Assembly: GCF_001194135.2 (NCBI RefSeq)
Contig: NC_068992.1
Span: forward strand, 38,447,587-38,511,586
Length of the DNA: 64,000 nt
Direction of reading: 5' to 3'
Source: Octopus bimaculoides
Lineage: Eukaryota
A program made the translations under genes and the position numbers. Positions 37,001 through 50,761 of this stretch are shown piece after piece (within the stretch, counting starts at the first letter, position 1; every line of letters begins with the position of its first letter). The notes beneath the pieces are model-generated. The model searched no databases, had not been told where the DNA came from, and was given only the letters and a program-made list of their open reading frames with translations.

Positions 37001-38371
37001 TAAGTATGTCTTCACAATAAATGTGCAATACATTAAACTCTAAGTGATTGATCTTATCACCGCTTCTACTTGACAATGATTTGGAAACCATCTATAAAAA
37101 TATTCCATCATTTCTTGTAATCGCAAACAACAGACATGTGGAATTTGGATTATAGTTGGGAAGACATCTGGAAAAATAATATTAATTTGTTTGTTTGTGA
37201 AGATACTTGAACCAATGTAGAACTAATCAGAAACAGTTTATATTAACAAAGAATTTTAAAATAATGACGACGGCAGTGGTGGCAGTGACGACAATGACGA
37301 CAAGGATGAGAGCAGAGCTAGCCCAGAAAACTGTTCTGCTGGAGACAGCTAGGATTTTGAGATTGGTACTTGGATGTTGAATGTCTTCTACGGTAATTAA
37401 CAACCAATTATCAAAGTTTATTATGTGCAGAAAGAGACCCTGTGAGACCTCCGACAACAGGCTGCTGCCCGCTCTCACAGAATCAACCAGAACAAACAAA
37501 ACCGATGGCTTTGAGAAGTAAAACAATGATCATGATGATGGTGACGATAGTGGTGGTGATGATTCCATTACCTAAATAACCAAATTCATAAACATTATTT
37601 CAATGAGACACTTCATTAATATAGATTAATCATTCACTTAAGTAGAAAATATTCAATGATCAGTTGAAGAATGCCTGACATTCTTAAATGAGGTGTATTA
37701 ATAATGGCAGCAGTGGCGGAGGAGGAGGAGGATCATCATCATCATCATCATCATCTAAAAGTCCATTTTGCCATGCTTGCATGGGTTGGACAGAGTTTAT
37801 TGAGATAGATTTTCTACAGCTGGATGCTCTTCCGGTTACCAACTCTTACCAAGCAAGGTAATATTTCCCCACAGCCAGACATGTCTTTGTGGAAGACTGG
37901 AAATGAACAACATTACTTGTGTAACAGTGACACTCATTTACAGCCATCATGTGGCATCAAGACAAGGGCACGCACATCAATAAAACAGGTTTCTTTCAGT
38001 TTCTGTCAACCAGTTCCGCTCACAAGTCCTTGGTCAGCTTGAGGCTATCATAGAAGACATTTACCCAAGGTACCATGCAATGAAACTGAACTTGAAAACA
38101 TGTGGTTGGGAAGTAAGCTTTTTAACCTGCAGAGCCACACCCGTCCCCCAGTAAGTGGGAGTCTCTAGACAGACTGTTTCATGCTCTGTTGACTGCTTCT
38201 CAGGGAAGCTGTACACAGCTTCCTCTCCTAAGTATTGATATTGGGGTAATATTAATGACATTGGTGTTAGGACGGGCATCTTGTCATAAAAAAACAAACA
38301 AAAACTAGATGAAACACAAGCAAGATGAGGTTTCCCAACTCGTTTAGTGAGTAGTAAGTACCACACACACA

Positions 38372-38407
<36 letters not shown>

Positions 38408-38922
38408 ATGTGCTTACTAACCATGATGACCTAGCATGAAAAGAAGACATAAAATGATGATGATGATGATAACAGCTGGTGAATGATAGGTCTATTCTTT
38501 CCAACCGAAAACAAGAAAAAGACACTTTTTAAAAAAAAAGAACTTACTCTCTCTCTCTCTGATAATTATTTGTTGTTGTTGTTGTTTTAACAGAATACAT
38601 TTTATATTGATCAAAAATAAACAAAATAAAGCCAAGCTTACAAACAATGATTACAGTTGCAAAATAGTGCAATGTTCATGGAGATACTTTATTAAAGATT
38701 AGAATATTTACTTAGACACACCTTGAATAACTCCAGTAAAGCCAGAATTTTTTGTATCTTTGTATTTTCATTTCCCCCCTTATTTAAAAGTAAACAACAG
38801 GTGTTTTATTCTCTGACAGAAACAACACTCCTTATGAATAAATAACAGTGTCAATGGAATCTAAAATTACAGCTAAATAGTCTCTCAATCTCACTCTCTC
38901 TCTCTCTCTCTGTCTCTCTCTT

Positions 38923-38970
<48 letters not shown>

Positions 38971-41900
38971 AGCTCTCTTTTTCTGCAGGCCTCTCTCTCT
39001 CCCTTTTAATGAATATCTCTGTCTGTCTGTCTCTCTCTCTCTCTTTTACTGTATGTCGCTCTCTTTCTCTTTTACTGAGTGTCTCACTTTCTCTTTTACT
39101 GTATGTGTCTCTCTCTTTCTCTTTTACTGAATGTATCTCTACATCTCTCTCTCTCTCTCATTGAATGTCTGTCTCTGTTTCACTGAATGTCTTTCTTTTA
39201 GTGAAAGCCCCCCCCCTCATAAAAAAGTAGCACATAATTGGACTGCTAAACAATTCCACATTGTTAGCCTATATTTTCTATTGGTTGGTTACTGTCACTT
39301 CAAATCATTTATCAAGCACAAGTGTGCATGTGTGTGTGTGTGTGTGTCTGTGTGTGTGTGTGCGCGCGCGCGCGTGGTGCAGTTCTCCACCTTGCGAGGT
39401 CTGGTCAAGCTGTCAAGCCCATGCCAGCATGGACAACAGGCATTAAATATATGATGATACACCCACACACACATAAATGCTAAAATGAGCTAAGAGAAAT
39501 AACAGTGTGGCTGGCAGCATGTATGTGAACAACACAAACACAGGTATATCAAATACCATACAACTACTTGATGTATCAGAATTATCTCCCCTGTTGAGGA
39601 TGAATTATAATTGCCAAATACCACTTTAGACCAGCTCCTGTTGACAAGGGGAAATAATCTCAAGTTTCATGAATTCTCCAGCATTTACATACTGAGGACA
39701 TTTCCGAACAGGTTTCTACCTCAACAGGGGTCATCTGCAGACAACTGTCTCATCGTCTCTCCAGTACCCAAAGCACTTACACGAAAAAGAGCAGAACACA
39801 TTTATGATCTCAGTATTTGCACAATTTGAACAGAAACTGAACCAAGAGGAATAACTCAGTGGCCAAAATACATGCAATAAGTACAAAATTGTTTTATATA
39901 TATATATCATCATCATCGTTTAACGTCCGCTTTCCATGCTTGCAAGGGTTAGACAATTTGACTGAGGACTGGTGAACCAGGTGGCTACACCAGGCNNNNN
40001 NNNNNNNNNNNNNNNNNNNNNNNNNNNNNNNNNNNNNNNNNNNNNNNNNNNNNNNNNNNNNNNNNNNNNNNNNNNNNNNNNNNNNNNNNNNNNNNTATAT
40101 ATATATATATCTATATATATATATATATATATCTATATATATACACATACACTGCATGCAATACACATCCTACATGTGTGAATGTGCATGTTAGAGGTAA
40201 ACCAGTCTTCTTATTTTTAACCTATCAACCAGTTCCTTTGTCTTTGGTTTCATCTATTCTTCACTCACCTTTCTTTTCGTGTTTTTCTTTCTTTTCCTTC
40301 ATTCTCTTCCATTGGTTTTTCTTTTTCTCCCTCTCCACACAGCTTCTCCATTTCTTTGCTCTTTTTTCTTTGTGGTACCATGGAATCTAACAATATAGGT
40401 TCAATTCCTGCTTAATACACCACCGCGAGTGGCATGAATGCCTTATCTTCGTTAGTATTATGATTGTTGTAGATGCTGGGTTCACGTGGTTGATGCCAGG
40501 TCCGTGTGACTGGCTCCCATGCTGGTGGCACATAAAAAGCACCATCTGAATGTGGCCGATGCCAGTACCCACTGACTGGCTCCTGTGCTGGTGGCATGTA
40601 AAAAGCACCCACTACACTCTCGGAGTGGTTGGCATTAGGAAGGGCATCCACCTGTAGAAACATTGCCAGATCAGATTGGAGCCTGGCACAGCCGCTGGCT
40701 CTCCATACCTCAGCCAAATCGTCCAACCCATGCCAGCATGGAAAACGGAGTTAAACAACGATGATGATAACGATGATGACTGTACAGAAGCAGAAAATGC
40801 TTTGACGGGTTCAAAGTCTTATGTACCTTCCTGGATTCAAAGTGCGTGTACTTCATTGTTCAAGCATTTCATTAGCAGAGTCGGTAGAGTATCAAACTGA
40901 AAACCTTGTGGTATTTGTTCTGGCTTTGTACTCTGAGTTCAAATCTTACTGAGGTCAACTTAACTTTCTACACTTTCGGTTCAATATAAAAGCACTCATC
41001 CAGTGTGGTGGGTTAGTGGAGCTATAAGAACATTAGACTAGATACCTTGTGGTGTTTGTTTCAGTTCTTTATGTTCTAAGTTCAAATCCTACCATGGTCT
41101 ACCTAGGTGATCAGCACTAGATACCTTGGTTCTTTTGGTAATGTCCACTCTATTGTAAGTATTTGGACGGGGGTCACTGGCTTCCAGAAGATTTCCTCCC
41201 TGTCTCTCTCTCCCTCTCACTAGTCTTGGAGACCCTGTAAAAAGGGTCATAGACTCTGCATTCTCTTCTGACTATAAGATAAAAACAAAGATAAAAAACT
41301 CCATATGGTGCCAGTTTGTTTTACTCTATTGTTCAATAAGTACTAGTAATATCTTTAGGAAGTTAGATTGTACCTGCTTTAAAATAACAAAGACATGCAA
41401 ATGACTGTAAGCTACAAATGTTCCTTTTTTAATTGAGTATCTCATCTACATGAGTCAAGGTAAAACAAATGTTGTGCTGATGATGCCTATTGTGGGAGGA
41501 ACAAGCATAGAAACCAGTTTCCCTCGTCTCTAGATAAACCCTTTTCTTTAATTGTATGTCAATCTTAGAGAATTGTTGATTATTGTGATTATCTCCCCTT
41601 CTTATTTGGAATTTTGTTGCATTTATTCTTCTCTCTGAGTGAAGATAATTTCAATAAATTGAGAATTCATCTTGCATTTATTGTTCATATTCATACCACT
41701 GGTCAGTTTGAGTTTTATTTTTATTACCTCATTTTTATTTTACATACACACATACACACACTGACACACACATACACACACTGACACACACACACACACA
41801 CACACACACACTGACACACACACACACATTGACACACACACACACACTAACACACACATACACACACACAGACACGCCCACTACATGCATGCACATGATG

Positions 41901-42157
41901 AGCTTCCTATCAGTTTCCATCAACCACTTCCAAGGCTTGTGTAGAAAATACTTGCTCAAGATTCACTTTTCATTTACATTGGTTTACATCTTACCCATAT
42001 AGCTTTGAGGCACCTTGGGTAAGTGTCTTCTACTACCTCCTTGGGCCATGCAAAGCTTTGTGAATGGACTTGGTAGAATAGAACCTGAAAGAAACTCATG
42101 TATGTATGTATGTATGTATGTATGCATGTATGTGTGTATGTTTGTGATATATGTATA

Positions 42158-42209
<52 letters not shown>

Positions 42210-42211
<2 letters not shown>

Positions 42212-42550
42212 GGGTAAAGACCCCTTTGGTCATGAATGACAATGGGATTGCACCTAGAAAATTCCCCTACGAGGCATAAATCCAGGTAAGGTTGTTTATG
42301 GGAGACTAGCAGTCGCCCATGCATACCAGCTACTCCTCTCCATGCCGCTGATGTTAATCCAAGGATAGGCGAAGGGGCCGATACAGCTTGGCACCAGTGA
42401 CATCACAACTCATTCTTAAGATGAGTGAACTGGAGCAACATGAAATAAAGTGTCTTGCTCAGATTACAACATGCAGCCTGGTCCATGAATCGAACTCACT
42501 ATCTCATGCTTGTGAGTCTGACGCTCTAACCACTGAGCCATGTACCTTCA
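42210..42550 (-). mobile_element. tRNA-derived SINE with recognisable A/B boxes
   Basis: Minus strand tggctcagtggttagagcgtcagactc...gagttcgattc head. Partial relative at ~24420-24540. Not a functional tRNA. Confidence 0.7.
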
Positions 42551-42912
42551 CTGTGTCCCCTTGTCTTGACATTGCATTTTTTAATGGTGATGCTCATTTC
42601 CAACCATTGCAACCAATGTCGTCCATTTACAATCTTCTGTTAAAGAACATATCCCACCAAGGGACAGTATTACCTTGCTTTGAAGCAAATGAGGATTAGC
42701 AACAGGAAGTAGAGTTCCTGCAACTGATCCAGTTGCAGGAACTCTACTTCAAATTCCATCTAACCCATACAAGCATGGAAAAGTTGACATTAAAACAATA
42801 ATGATTGTAGCAATTTATCAACTGCAACAAGACATTACTATTAAAAAAAAAAATATGTATGCATAAGTGGGCTGGCTACACACCTGGCAGAGGCCTAAAT
42901 CCAAGGCCTCTG

Positions 42913-43735
42913 NNNNNNNNNNNNNNNNNNNNNNNNNNNNNNNNNNNNNNNNNNNNNNNNNNNNNNNNNNNNNNNNNNNNNNNNNNNNNNNNNNNNNNNN
43001 NNNNNNNNNNNNNNNNNNNNNNNNNNNNNNNNNNNNNNNNNNNNNNNNNNNNNNNNNNNNNNNNNNNNNNNNNNNNNNNNNNNNNNNNNNNNNNNNNNNN
43101 NNNNNNNNNNNNNNNNNNNNNNNNNNNNNNNNNNNNNNNNNNNNNNNNNNNNNNNNNNNNNNNNNNNNNNNNNNNNNNNNNNNNNNNNNNNNNNNNNNNN
43201 NNNNNNNNNNNNNNNNNNNNNNNNNNNNNNNNNNNNNNNNNNNNNNNNNNNNNNNNNNNNNNNNNNNNNNNNNNNNNNNNNNNNNNNNNNNNNNNNNNNN
43301 NNNNNNNNNNNNNNNNNNNNNNNNNNNNNNNNNNNNNNNNNNNNNNNNNNNNNNNNNNNNNNNNNNNNNNNNNNNNNNNNNNNNNNNNNNNNNNNNNNNN
43401 NNNNNNNNNNNNNNNNNNNNNNNNNNNNNNNNNNNNNNNNNNNNNNNNNNNNNNNNNNNNNNNNNNNNNNNNNNNNNNNNNNNNNNNNNNNNNNNNNNNN
43501 NNNNNNNNNNNNNNNNNNNNNNNNNNNNNNNNNNNNNNNNNNNNNNNNNNNNNNNNNNNNNNNNNNNNNNNNNNNNNNNNNNNNNNNNNNNNNNNNNNNN
43601 NNNNNNNNNNNNNNNNNNNNNNNNNNNNNNNNNNNNNNNNNNNNNNNNNNNNNNNNNNNNNNNNNNNNNNNNNNNNNNNNNNNNNNNNNNNNNNNNNNNN
43701 NNNNNNNNNNNNNNNNNNNNNNNNNNNNNNNNNNT
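42913..43735. other. Assembly gap (largest of nine N-runs)
   Basis: Other gaps at ~15367, 19337, 24045, 25593, 39996, 44972, 57133 and 58986, mostly beside microsatellites. They could hide exons. Confidence 0.95.
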
Positions 43736-44183
43736 TATTGCCCACAAGGGGCTAAACATAGAGGGGACAAATAAGGACAGACAAAGGGATTAAGTCGATT
43801 ACATCGACCCCAGTGCGTAACTGGTACTTAATTTATCGACCCCGTAAGGATAAAAGGCAAAATCGACCTCGGCATACTTTGAACTCAGAACGTAACAGCA
43901 GATGAAATACTGCTAAGCATTTCGCCCGGCGGGGTAACGTTTCTGCCAGCTCGCCGCCTTATGTTCAAATTCTGCCAAGGTCGACTTTGCTTTCATCCTT
44001 CCAGGGTCGATAAATTAACTACCAGTGAAACAGTGGGATTGATGTAATTGAGTAACCCCCCCTCCCCCTAAATTTCAGGCCTTGTGCCTATAATAGAAAG
44101 GATTATTATGAAACATCAAGGAAGTGAATTATCACCCCTACAACACGTTTGACATCTCTCACTTGCAAAATCTTGGTCTAATA

Positions 44184-44700
44184 CAATGTTTCTCAACCTG
44201 TTCACCCTTGTGTAACCCTTAAAATAAATTACATGTCTCAAGGAACCCCTGCACAAAAAAAATTATATACCATATCTTTCTCATATTTTTTCATCGTAGT
44301 TCATGTGGTAGCATTAGCTTATTTCACTCTTTCTTGTGGAACTCCTAGGAACCTTTTGCAGAACCCCAGTTGAGAAATGCTGGAATGTGTGTAAAAAAAA
44401 AAAAAAAAAAAATTAAGTTCTAAGTTTGTATCCTAAGGACTAAAACAGTGGTCCTCAACCATTTTTCTGCCTATGGACCCCTTTTGATTTTTTCTTTTTA
44501 CTCAGGGGTTGGGTCTCTCATAGTCATTCACTGTGTAAAAACTCCTATATTTTTATGATTAAATATTAGGAATTCTATTAAAAAATGTTTAAATATTTTG
44601 TAGATTGTAGAAGCATAACCAATTTATTGGACTTAAATTTTGACAACAAAATCTTATGTGAACCTTTAAGGGCCATATGGACCCTGGTTGGGAGCCACTG
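44184..44700. mobile_element. Two adjacent hAT-like MITEs (44184-44382 and 44446-44700)
   Basis: Termini caatgtttctcaac / gttgagaaatgctg and cagtggtcctcaacc / ggttgggagccactg, of the MER5/MER20-type CAG..CTG class. Confidence 0.6.
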
Positions 44701-44734
44701 TCCTAAATTCAGGTGAAGGTAATATTCTTTCACA

Positions 44735-45240
44735 TTTCAGTCATTTGACTGCGGCCATAATGGAGCACTGCCTTAAAGGGTTTTAATCAAAGAAATCGAT
44801 CCCAGGACTTTATTCTTTGTAAGCCTGGTACTTAATTCTAGCGGTCTCTTTTGCTGAACTGCTAAGTTATGGGGAGGTAAACACACCAACATCAGTTGAC
44901 AAGCGATGGTAGGGGGACAAACACAGACACAAAGAGATATACACATAAATATATATATATATATATATATANNNNNNNNNNNNNNNNNNNNNNNNNNNNN
45001 NNNNNNNNNNNNNNNNNNNNNNNNNNNNNNNNNNNNNNNNNNNNNNNNNNNNNNNNNNNNNNNNNNNNNNNNNNNNNNNNNNNNNNNNNNNNNNTTTCCG
45101 TCTACTAAATCCACTCACAAAGCTTTGGTCGGCCTGAGGCTATAGTAGAAGACACTTTCCCAAAGTGCCACGCAGTTGGACTGAGCCCGGAACCATGTGG
45201 TTGAGAAGCAAGCTACTTACCACACAGCCTCTCCTGCGCC
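44735..45240 (-). mobile_element. SINE family B (bipartite, CORE-like gtggcaccttgggcaagtgtctt, internal (TA)n(TG)n), representative copy
   Basis: Copies at ~5540-5905+, 13520-13960+, 19880-20225-, 45820-46190-, 56733-58030+ (interrupted), plus many fragments. Confidence 0.85.
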
Positions 45241-46189
45241 TATCTGTATAGGGGATTAACTTGTATTAAGTCCAAACCAGGCTAATAACAGAGAAACAGA
45301 TGTGTAACTATGATGGAGGTGGTGTTGATGGTAGTGGTGGTATATTGTTTATCTATTTTTATTACAAGAGATCAGTTAAATTTGATGATGAATAAATTCA
45401 GTGACCATAACTGAAAAGGAAAGTTTGTTAAATAATGCACAAGATGAACATGTATTAAAAATATAAAGATCTTTAGATGTTTATATTTTATCCCAATCAC
45501 AAAGTTCCAGATTCAGTCCTACTGCATGGCACCTTGGGCCAGTGTCTTCTACTACAGTCACCAACTATAACATAAGGCCTTGTGAGTAGATTTGGTTGAC
45601 AGAAACTGAAAGAAGCCCATTATGTATGTGTTTGTCCTCCACCACTGCTTGGTGTGTTTATGTATCTGTGACTTAGCAGTTCATTAAAAAAGACCAGTAG
45701 AATAAGTATCAGGCTTTAAAAAATATAAAGGTCAACCAATATGTGTGGCAGCATTGAACTGATGATTGCGTTTGTATGAAATTAGCAGGCATTTTGCTTT
45801 TGTTGTTATTTTTAATTCTTTTATTCTCTTAATTGTCTCAGTCATTTGAGTGCAGCCATGCTGGAGCACTGCCTTCAGTTGAACAAATCGACCCCAGGGC
45901 TTGTTCTTTGTAAGCCTCATACTTATTCTATTGGTATCTTTTGCCGAACCACTAAGTTATGGGGAACGTAAACACATCAACATTGGTTGTCAAGTGATGG
46001 TGGGGGGACAAACACAGACGTACAAATACACACATACAACGGACCTCTTTCAGCCTCTATCTACTAAATCCACTTTCAAGGCCTGAGGCTACAGCAGAAG
46101 ACACTTGTACAAGGTGCGATGCAGTGGGACTGAACCTGGAACCATGTGGTTGTGAAGCAAGCTTCTTACCACACAGCCACGCCTGTGCC

Positions 46190-46380
46190 TTTGAACCTTC
46201 CTGACATCCCGTTTCATGTCTTCTTTAAAACTTAGCAGGAGGTCATCCGTAATCTTCTTAATCATTCCACCTGTATTATGTCATTGATCTTACCTGTACA
46301 GACAGTTGATGATGTTGTGTCAGTCACAGCTTCAACTCCATTTACACAACTGACTCCCACACTCTCCTGCCACTGTCAGG
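46190..46380 (-). mobile_element. Degraded RTE-clade LINE C-terminal fragment
   Basis: Mixed-frame remnants of KWSWAGH ... VRSMT.YRWND..R.G.PP ... KEDMKRDV on the minus strand. Confidence 0.5.
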
Positions 46381-46600
46381 TTTTTGTAAATTAATTCAAC
46401 ATTTGGATATCAGTTTATCCATTTGACTTCCTTCTCAGAGCTTTACATTATTCTTGGAGATTCTAGTTTATTTTATTTTGTGTTATTTTAAAAATTTTAT
46501 TTTGGCAAACACTGAAATTTTCTGGTTGGAATTTACAAATGAAAGGTATCCAGTGTACAGGTAGGTGAATAGATGTCATTAGCTGATCAATGCTTGACAG

Positions 46601-46680
46601 TGTCTGGTGTAGAAATGGACCAAGGAACACCTATGAAGAAATGTGTTTTACCTCAGAATTCCTGGGTCTAAGAGAAAAAG
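46601..46680 (+). CDS. Putative exon (x-VWCRNGPRNTYEEMCFTSEFLGLREK), phase 2 to 1
   Basis: Acceptor tgcttgacag, donor AAG|gtgata, one open frame. Weak support. Confidence 0.2.
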
Positions 46681-47689
46681 GTGATACGATGTTGTGATAA
46701 TTGCTGACACATTAAATTTCCCTTACTCTCTGACCCATACCATGTAAGGGAAAACAAAACTTGTAGTTAATGAAGGTGATAATTCGGAAGATGATGATAG
46801 TGATGGTGGTGATGATGATGATGGTAGTGATGGTGATAATTCTGTAAATGATGGTGGTGATGGTGATGATGATGCTGATGTTGTAGATGATGATGATGCT
46901 GATGATGACAATGTCTAAGAAGTTTGTTTTTGGTTACTTCCCCCTGTCACTCTCGGTTTAGTGGTTTGTGATTTTGTTGTGATTTAGTCATGATTGAAGT
47001 TAGCATTAGAAAATACATGGATATGGGGGAGTAACGCTGGTTGAGAGTGGGGTCTGGAGCAGAAATAAGGGATGGGTGGTGAACACTTAACCATCTGAAG
47101 GACTAAATGCAGTCATCTGAGAGAATTACATTCGAGGAAGAATTATTTTACAGAAATACCATTTTTGTTAATTTAATTTTAAACCCCATTTTTTAAAACT
47201 TATTGCATGAAAACTCAACTTATAAAAGAAACAACTTGACCTACAATTACTTGTTTAAATAAATCAAATTTTGAAGAAATTTTAGGGAAAAATAAACGCA
47301 AACGTTATGTTGGGCATGCTTGGATTTTGTTGAAGTTTTGATATTCTTTTCTGTTTTTTTTTTACTTCTCTCAGTCTTTTGACTGTGGCCATGCTGGAGC
47401 ACTGCCATAGGGTTTTAGTTGAACAAATCGACCTCAAGACTTATTTTTTATGCCTAATATTTATTCTGTCGATCTCTTATTCTGAACCGCTAAGTTACGG
47501 AGATGTGAACACACCAACACCAGTTGTCAAACAGTGATGGTGGGGACAAACACACACTCAAAGAAACACAGTAACACACACACACACACACACAATGTGC
47601 TTCTTTCACCACTTCCCAACCATGTATTTGGGAAGTGATGTCAAATTATATTTTTGAAAATAATTATGTTTCACATTATAAAAATATTT

Positions 47690-47850
47690 TTGAAATGTGA
47701 CCTTGTCAGGTGGCAGTTGTCTTCAATGTGGCCTTCCTCTGGTTTGGAATATTGATAAACTGTTGTTTGAATCGATTTCAAACAAAATTTTTCAGCACAA
47801 ATCCTTTGGGATATCAACTGCATTTAAAAGGTATTTGTCTCAAACAAGGT
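47690..47850 (-). mobile_element. Possible Tc1/mariner (maT/DD37D-like) transposase C-terminal remnant
   Basis: Frameshifted AVDIPKDLC.K...PEEGHIEDN resembles the W..IP.D...C....EGGHIE terminus. Confidence 0.35.
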
Positions 47851-49196
47851 GCCGTATCTCAGCTTTCAGTGGCATCAGGAAATTAAAAAAATTTACTTTA
47901 TTTTGGATATGTATACAATTTATTCCAAGGGGCCTCACGGAGGTGAGGTGGCTGAGTTTCTTTCGAGTGTTGGGCCACATGGAGGCAAAGTGGCTGAGTT
48001 CCTTTCGAGTGTTGGGCCTCACAGAGGCAATATCGTGCTTGAGAAGAAGACCCATCAAGCTGAGCAAAATCACAGTCGTGGCAGATACCGGTGTCACACA
48101 AATGGCACCAGTGCTGGTGGCACGTAAAAGCACCCATTACACTCTGGGAGTGGTTGGCATTGGGAAGGGCATCTAGCCATAGAAAACCATGCCAAATCAG
48201 ACTGGTTCCTGGTGCAGCCTTCCAGTGTGCCAGTCCAGTCAAACCATCCAACCCATGCCAGCATGGCCAACGGACATTAAATGGTGGTGGTGGTGGTGGT
48301 GGTGATAATGATGAACAACAACAACAACATATGATTAAGTATTCTAAATATGTATGGCCTAGTGGTTGCACTGTTGGACTTGCTATTATAAGGTTATAAG
48401 CTTGTTCCTGAGCCAGGTGGCATGATGTATCGTTGAGCAAGACCCATCATTTTGTGTTGCTCCACTGTACTCAGTAGAAAATGAATACCAGCTGAGTGTT
48501 GGTGCAATCCTCTCTCCTACCAGTTATCACACGCTCAATATTTTGCAAGGTCAAAAGCAGGAAGGCTAAGAGGCTGTCTATGTCTGTTTGTGATTGCATA
48601 GACACCTAAAACAATTAATGAAAGCATGGTATTAGTTCTAGCTGTCAGGTCTTATTCACTTATAAGTCCTAGCTAAGCAATTATTTTACCCAGACATACA
48701 ACAAAACACAGTCATGAACTTACAACTACTGTATTGCTTATGCAAAAATCTCTTTATCAACTTGGCTATCTCACCTTGTTCATAAACACCAAAGCCAAAT
48801 GTGAGACTGGAATATTGAAGTAGTATATTTAAAACTAGCTATATCCAGCCTAAATATTCTACCTGTTTTATGTTGAAACTATCAAGATCCAACCTCTTAC
48901 ACCTACCCAACAATGTCATTCTAAAAATATACAATCATATCAACTAAATCCCAAATGTATGAGATAATGCATGATTAATTCAAAACAGTGTGAATAAATA
49001 AGCATTATCTTTGACAGAACAATCTGAATGCTAAAGAGTTAGAGGAAAGCTACTTAGATAGTTTTGATTCCTGTAGTATCGTCAATGCAGCATATGGTAT
49101 AACAATAAAAAATAAAATTCTAAAAGAAATAATACTAAGCCAATACCAAACTGTATTGTTATCAGACCATATGTTGGTTGTCTATGTTCTTGGATT

Positions 49197-49242
49197 GTAC
49201 TTGCCTCAGCAGTACATACACTAAAATTGGAACACTACACAG
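49197..49242 (+). pseudogene. U6: 3'-truncated U6 snRNA pseudogene fragment
   Basis: gtacttgcctcagcagtacatacactaaaattggaacactacacag aligns by eye to the U6 5' end (GT.CTTGCTTCGGCAG.ACATATACTAAAATTGGAACGATACAGAG), with CpG-type decay. A second, more degraded copy follows at ~49250-49282. Confidence 0.8.
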
Positions 49243-49434
49243 CACAATACATATACAAAAATTTAGAACAATACACATTAAGTTCTTGGAGTGAGAGAAT
49301 GCATGTGTTTGTTTAAGTGTTTATTATAGGAATCGGTACAAGAAACAGACGATTCTATATCTGTTATTCATGCCAACAAATTTAAACTAAAATTCTATAA
49401 CACTAATTTGTATATAAATAGTGATGTGTTTTAG

Positions 49435-49465
49435 CAGGACCAATGGAATCTGTTTGTAAAGCAAG
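49435..49465 (+). CDS. Putative 31-nt exon (A-GPMESVCKA), phase 1 to 2
   Basis: Acceptor gatgtgttttag (NAGNAG), donor AAG|gtagaa. Phase fits the terminal exon. Confidence 0.2.
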
Positions 49466-49748
49466 GTAGAAGAAATGGAGCACATTTTATTTTCACGGAA
49501 CATTTTTGATGTAAGAATGTTGGAGTGTATGCTTTGCAGTATTTATTTTGGCTGTTTTCATTCTGAGTTCAAATTCTGCTATGGCATATGTGTGTAGTAG
49601 GCTTTTATACATTGCCCAGTTTAACAGCAATATTTGGCACATTGGGTTTTGTTATGTTGCAAGAATTCAAGCAATATTCCACATTGAGGACATCCGTTTT
49701 CCTTGGGCCTTCCCTCCCTCTGACTAGTTTCAGAGGCCCTGACTAAAC

Positions 49749-49792
<44 letters not shown>

Positions 49793-50610
49793 TAATAATT
49801 GCTTCAAATTTTGCCACAAGGGCAGGAATTCTGGGGAAGGGATGAATTGGTTACATCGACCCCAGTGTTTCATGGTACTTATTTTATCAACCCTAAAAGG
49901 ATGAAAGGTAAAGTTGACCTTGGTGAATGTAGTAACAGGCAAAATGTCGCTAAGCATTTTCTTCCAGCACGCTAATGATTCTGCCAGCTCACTACCTTAA
50001 TAATAATGATAATAGCAATAGTAATGATAATAGTAATTATTATTATTAGAGTGCCATTGTTATCAAGTGAAAAATAAACGCAAAAGTTATGTTGGGCATG
50101 CTTGGATTTGGTTGAAGTTTTGATATTCTTTTATATGTTTTTTACGTCTTTCAGTCTTTTGACTGTGGCCATGCTAGAGCACCGCCTTAGGGTTTTAATT
50201 GAACAAATCAACCCCAAGACTTATTTTTTAAGCCTAGTACTTATTCTGTCAGTCTCTTTTGCTGAACTGCTAAGTTACAGGCATTCTTCTTTTTTTTCTT
50301 TTCTTTTTTCTCTTCTTTTTTTTTTTGCTTCTGTATACCTACTGGAGGAGTTACTTCAATCCTATGCCATTGAAGCATCAGATGAATGAAACATTACAAA
50401 GACAGTTTTATGATAAAAATGAAATGTGATTATAATTAGAATATGAGCAGTTTCATGTTGAGTGCAAAGATGGAGTGTAGAGTTATATGAGTAAAGGTAG
50501 AGTGAAGCTCAAGTGAAGCTGGAGTTGTTTTGAGATGACTTTCATATCAGGAGGGTTAATCTGTTTCACAGCTTGAGATTTCACGTGTCAGTTCTGAACC
50601 TACTTCACCT

Positions 50611-50653
<43 letters not shown>

Positions 50654-50659
50654 CACACA

Positions 50660-50702
<43 letters not shown>

Positions 50703-50722
50703 GTCTGTGCATGTGTACGTTA

Positions 50723-50761
<39 letters not shown>

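Noticed and set aside
42470-42550. tRNA-like A/B boxes on the minus strand
   Set aside because: This is the head of a SINE. It has no complete cloverleaf and continues into SINE body sequence.
42818-43793. ~300-aa ORFs (also 57002-57880, 25508-25942 and others)
   Set aside because: They consist of N-gap translations.
46236-46379. Attractive plus-strand exon QEVIRNLLNHSTCIMSLILPVQTVDDVVSVTASTPFTQLTPTLSCHCQ
   Set aside because: The opposite strand carries RTE C-terminal remnants, so it is more simply antisense LINE sequence. The donor (gttttt) is also weak.
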